The position numbers were made by a program, and so were the translations under genes. 64,000 nucleotides of DNA from an uncultured cyanobacterium. Lineage in GTDB: Bacteria; Cyanobacteriota; Cyanobacteriia; PCC-9006; JAAUQQ01. The stretch spans positions 1,024,001 through 1,088,000 of the forward strand of contig OY970368.1 of NCBI GenBank assembly GCA_963718615.1, written 5' to 3'. The notes beneath the pieces are model-generated. The model did no database searches, had not been told where the DNA came from, and saw only the letters and a list, made by a program, of their open reading frames with translations. Numbering within the stretch: the first letter of the stretch is position 1; each line of letters begins with the position of its first letter. Of this stretch, positions 60,886 through 64,000 are shown piece after piece.

Positions 60886-61897
60886 AGACCTGTAGGGAAA
60901 TAAGAGATAATAGTCGGTAGTTGCACGCTGCTCTAGCCATGCTGAACTTAGACCGAATTCTCCGGGATGACCGCCTGTTGCGGGCAATGACAGGACTCAA
61001 TCGCCAAGCATTTGAGAAACTTCTGCCCAGTTTTAGAGAGGCGTATCAGCAGAGTCAGGTGAAACCTGGGGTAGAGCGAAAACGCGCTCCCGGAGGGGGA
61101 CGAAAAGCGACCCTACGAACAAACCGTGACAAGTTGTTTTACATTTTGTTGTACTGCAAATGCTATCCCACCTTCGACTTACTGAGTGTGTTGTTTGACT
61201 TTGACCGTTCCTGTGCATGGGATTGGGTACATGGTCTGCTCCCAGTTTTGGAACAGGCTTTAGGGCTCAAGCAGGTGCTACCGGAGCGCAAGGTACGGAG
61301 CATAGAGGAATTTCTAGAACGCTTTCCAGAGGTGAAAGAAGTGATTTTCGATGGGACGGAGCGACCCGTGCAGCGTCCTCAAGACTCGAGCAAACAAAAA
61401 GAACATTACTCAGGCAAAAAGAAACGGCATACCCGTAAGCACATCACAGGCAGTACGCGAAAAAAGCGAGTGATCCTCCTGACGAAGGCGAGACCTGGAA
61501 AAATTCATGACAAACGACAGTTGGACGAAGAAGACTTGGTGGGCAACATTCCCGATGAAGTTGCTATAGAAGGAGACTTAGGATTTCAAGGATTACAGAA
61601 TGAGTTTGAGAACGTTCATTTGCCGCACAAGAAACCCAAGGGCAAGGAATTAAGCGAACAACAGAAGCAGGAAAACCGAGAGTTCAGTCGGCAACGAGTC
61701 GTGTGTGAACATGCCCATGCAGGCATCAAGCGTTATCGTTCGGTCACAGATGTTTATCGCAATCGTGTGCCTGATTTTGATGACCGCTTAATGCTTAATG
61801 CTGCGGGTTTATGGAACTGGTATTTGGATGCAGCATAAATTGGGCAGAAACATTGGCAAACCTTGTCCTAAAGCGAGTTTTATTGCCCAACAACTCT
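60886..61897 (+). mobile_element. IS5-family (ISL2/IS702-like) element inserted in IS1
   Basis: Imperfect TIRs AGACCTGTAGGGAAATAA/AGAGTTGTTGGGCAATAA; AAT target duplication (60883-85 and 61898-900). Removing it restores the IS1 frame. Confidence 0.88.
60939..61838 (+). CDS. DDE transposase (HTH + DDE_Tnp_4 type)
   Basis: IFDGTERPVQRP, YSGKKKRHT, EGDLGFQG, RVVCEHAHAGIKRY. Confidence 0.92.
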   Translation: MLNLDRILRDDRLLRAMTGLNRQAFEKLLPSFREAYQQSQVKPGVERKRAPGGGRKATLRTNRDKLFYILLYCKCYPTFDLLSVLFDFDRSCAWDWVHGLLPVLEQALGLKQVLPERKVRSIEEFLERFPEVKEVIFDGTERPVQRPQDSSKQKEHYSGKKKRHTRKHITGSTRKKRVILLTKARPGKIHDKRQLDEEDLVGNIPDEVAIEGDLGFQGLQNEFENVHLPHKKPKGKELSEQQKQENREFSRQRVVCEHAHAGIKRYRSVTDVYRNRVPDFDDRLMLNAAGLWNWYLDAA

Positions 61898-62306
61898 AAT
61901 AGGTGTTTCAAGCAGTTGGCTGCAAGATTACGTCAATGCATACTATGAAGCGGTGCCTCAAGAGGTAGAAGTACTGCCCAAAGCGAAAGGGAAGCTGAGA
62001 GTGCAGATGGATGAGCTGTGGTCATTTGTAGACCATAAGGGCAACAAGCAATGGGTCTGGCTCGCGCTGGATGCCGACACCCGAGAGGTGATTGGTTGTC
62101 ACATCGGCGATCCTTCGGAGCTTGGCGAAGCCAATCGTTCCCGAGAATCAGCCAGGGCGTTGTGGGCATCATTACCGTCGGTGTATCGGCAATGTGCCAC
62201 GGTCTATACCGATTTTGGGGAAGCTTACGAGACCGTTATTCCAGCAAAGCGTCATCGTGCGGTCGGCAAAGAGTGTGGTTTGACCAGCTACATAGAAAGG
62301 TTCAAT

Positions 62307-62461
62307 CCGCCCAGCGATTTCATGAGCTTTGAGCTGACGCCACTCAGTTTCAATCAGATTCATCTCGGAGCAATAAGGAGACAGAAAGAAGACAATCAGC
62401 CCCTTCTCCTGCCATTCTGGCCACCGCTTTCGAACGGCCTTACTTTTGTAAGATGAACCAT
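62307..62461 (-). pseudogene. IS630-family transposase, distal fragment
   Basis: Minus strand GSSYKSKAVRKRWPEWQEKGLIVFFLSPYCSEMNLIETEWRQLK, truncated at the junction with IS1. Confidence 0.82.
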
Positions 62462-62523
62462 TGAAGTGAACCCCTTCCTTTGGACAGAAAGATCTGGCCT
62501 AAGCGAGAGTTATTTTACTTTTA

Positions 62524-63393
62524 TCACACTTCTGCATTCTGTTGCCCGCGCATCCACTTTTCTTCAAATTCAGCCGGTGTCAAATAGCTCAATGACGAGT
62601 GGATTCTTTTCTTCATATACACTTCCTCTAGAAACTCTTCTATTCGCTCATAGACCTCACTAAAGTTTCGGTATTCTGATAGGTCTACTTCTTCTTCTTT
62701 GATCGTCCTCATTAATCTTTCCGCATATCCATTCTCCCAGGCTTTCCCGACTGCTGCCATACTAATCTTAACGTTGTGTTCTTCCAACATTTTTACATAG
62801 TCATTCGCTGCATATTGCACCCCTTGATCTGAATGATGTATCTCGGGAATTGCTTTCATCAATCCCTTCTCCAGTGCTGTTATCGTCAAGCTCTTCTCCA
62901 TTGTCTTATCCAGGTGCCATCCTCGTATACTGCGGGTGAATACATCCATCACCACTGCCAGATAGACAAACTCCTCCTTCAAGCGGATATAGGTGATGTC
63001 CGCCACCCACACCTGCTCAGGACGCATTACCAACAGCCCTTTCTCCAGATTTGGATAACGCCGATAGCCATGCACACTGTTCGTCGTTCGCTTCCGCCTC
63101 ACCCGCTTTTGAGCTAGTAGACCTAACTGCCTCATCAGACGACTCACTCGCTTATGGTTGACACTCCATCCTTCTCGCTGAAGTTGTTTCGTTATCCGTC
63201 TGTAACCGTAAGTCGGATATCTTCCTGCAACTTCGATAATCGCTACTCTGAGCTTTTCGTCTTCATCTTCTTTCTCTGAATTCGGCTTGTAGTAATATCG
63301 GCTTCGACTGTATCCAATCACATCGCAAATAATTTGAATGGGATAGTCTTCCTTAAGCTCCTCTATCATTTTCCGTTTCCGCTCAGGTTCCAC
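62524..63393 (-). CDS. IS3 transposase OrfB (integrase core)
   Basis: YGYRRI, WVADITYI, HHSDQGVQY, ENGYAERLMRTIKEE. Confidence 0.93.
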   Translation of the reverse strand: MEPERKRKMIEELKEDYPIQIICDVIGYSRSRYYYKPNSEKEDEDEKLRVAIIEVAGRYPTYGYRRITKQLQREGWSVNHKRVSRLMRQLGLLAQKRVRRKRTTNSVHGYRRYPNLEKGLLVMRPEQVWVADITYIRLKEEFVYLAVVMDVFTRSIRGWHLDKTMEKSLTITALEKGLMKAIPEIHHSDQGVQYAANDYVKMLEEHNVKISMAAVGKAWENGYAERLMRTIKEEEVDLSEYRNFSEVYERIEEFLEEVYMKKRIHSSLSYLTPAEFEEKWMRGQQNAEV

Positions 63394-63668
63394 ACATCCG
63401 AAGCTTTTTTTGACACTTCCAGCTCCATTGTCAATCGACCTATCATTCTTTCTAATTCGCTTATTCTCTCTGAGGCTTCGTCATTTGATTCTTTCCCTTC
63501 AAATGCTCGATGGGCCTGCTTGAGAAATTCATTCTTCCACCGGCATAGCACTGATAGATGGACCTTATGAGCTCGACTTGCCTCCGTCGGCGACCGCTGG
63601 CCGCTGACCATTTCCAGTACCACCTTGGCCTTGAACTCGCTGCTGTAATTTCTCTGTCTTTTTGCCAT
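63366..63668 (-). CDS. IS3 transposase OrfA
   Basis: RNYSSEFKAKVVLE HTH. Slippery A7G (T-run 63405-63411) lies before the -1 frame OrfB. Confidence 0.92.
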   Translation of the reverse strand: MAKRQRNYSSEFKAKVVLEMVSGQRSPTEASRAHKVHLSVLCRWKNEFLKQAHRAFEGKESNDEASERISELERMIGRLTMELEVSKKASDVWNLSGNGK

Positions 63669-63736
63669 GACCCTTTTGCCTCCTGGACTTTAGCTTACTC
63701 TCTCTCGCTTCTGTTCAGGTTTTGGGGGTCACTTCA

Positions 63737-64000
63737 CATTGTCTTGAACCACGACAGTGAATCGTCCAGTCTCAGCCAAGGTCACTTCCGCTTTCTGGAC
63801 CACCGATTCCATGAATTTGAGATACCGCTGTTCATTGAAACTCCCGACAGCTAAGGCATAATCAAAGCTCTGACCCGGTTCAGATAGGCCGATGATGCTC
63901 AATCGCCTGCCTCGTCGGTCGGTCTGCTCTTGATACTTCTGTTGGCCTACTCGGATGTAGCTGTAGCTCACCGGGCTCCACAGGCAAAATCCAGATTCAT
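63737..64000 (-). pseudogene. IS630-family transposase, proximal fragment (continues beyond window)
   Basis: ESGFCLWSPVSYSY...RRLSIIG...VVVQDN, split by the IS3 at the DN|G motif. Confidence 0.82.

Larger units (their letters stand above)
60533..62306 (+). mobile_element. IS1-family element, interrupted and 3'-truncated
   Basis: GGTAGTGC left end (inferred); InsA-like CPTCGS...YKCRDC from 60674; frame resumes at 61901 with QMDELWSFV, VYTDF, YIERFN and then stops short. Confidence 0.85.
62462..63736 (-). mobile_element. IS3-family element, apparently intact (1275 bp)
   Basis: TG...CA ends with TIRs TGAAGTGACCCCCAAAACCTGAACAG/TGAAGTGAACCCCTTCCTTTGGACAG; CAT duplication at 62459-61 and 63737-39. 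Confidence 0.93.

Overview
Cyanobacterial chromosome segment: HIP1 octamer GCGATCGC is frequent and the gene content is cyanobacterial. The core genes look GC-richer than typical heterocyst-forming Nostocales. Core region (1-28.7 kb): argJ, intein-containing dnaX, tRNA-Val, cobS, tgt, a glcE-like gene, rnc, ilvN, a 2-oxoglutarate decarboxylase/SSADH pair, a giant multidomain phosphatase and stpA/ggpP. An AT-rich sulfur-acquisition cluster (28.7-40.8 kb) ends at tRNA-Lys. Next come a CHAT-TpsA/TpsB pair, alkA, a frameshifted BT1 transporter, an Rpn nuclease, a split HTH-NB-ARC gene with two TPR genes facing an AT-rich set of secreted-protein genes, and a nested IS pile-up. Highlights: (1) five self-contained sRNA units between argJ and dnaX, each with TCCGGA exactly 35 nt upstream of GGTAGATGCACCCTGACTCA and its own terminator (NsiR1/DIF1-like); (2) a 430-aa DnaX intein with an intact LAGLIDADG endonuclease overprinted in another frame; (3) a split NLR-like module with two interchangeable-looking TPR subunits; (4) an Rpn gene with an internal SD/ATG (candidate intragenic antitoxin); (5) a gene bracketed by inverted 81-bp elements; (6) a 21-nt insert in a HIP1-like site; (7) an unlisted 59-aa membrane protein. 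Family calls come from motif recognition, not database searches.
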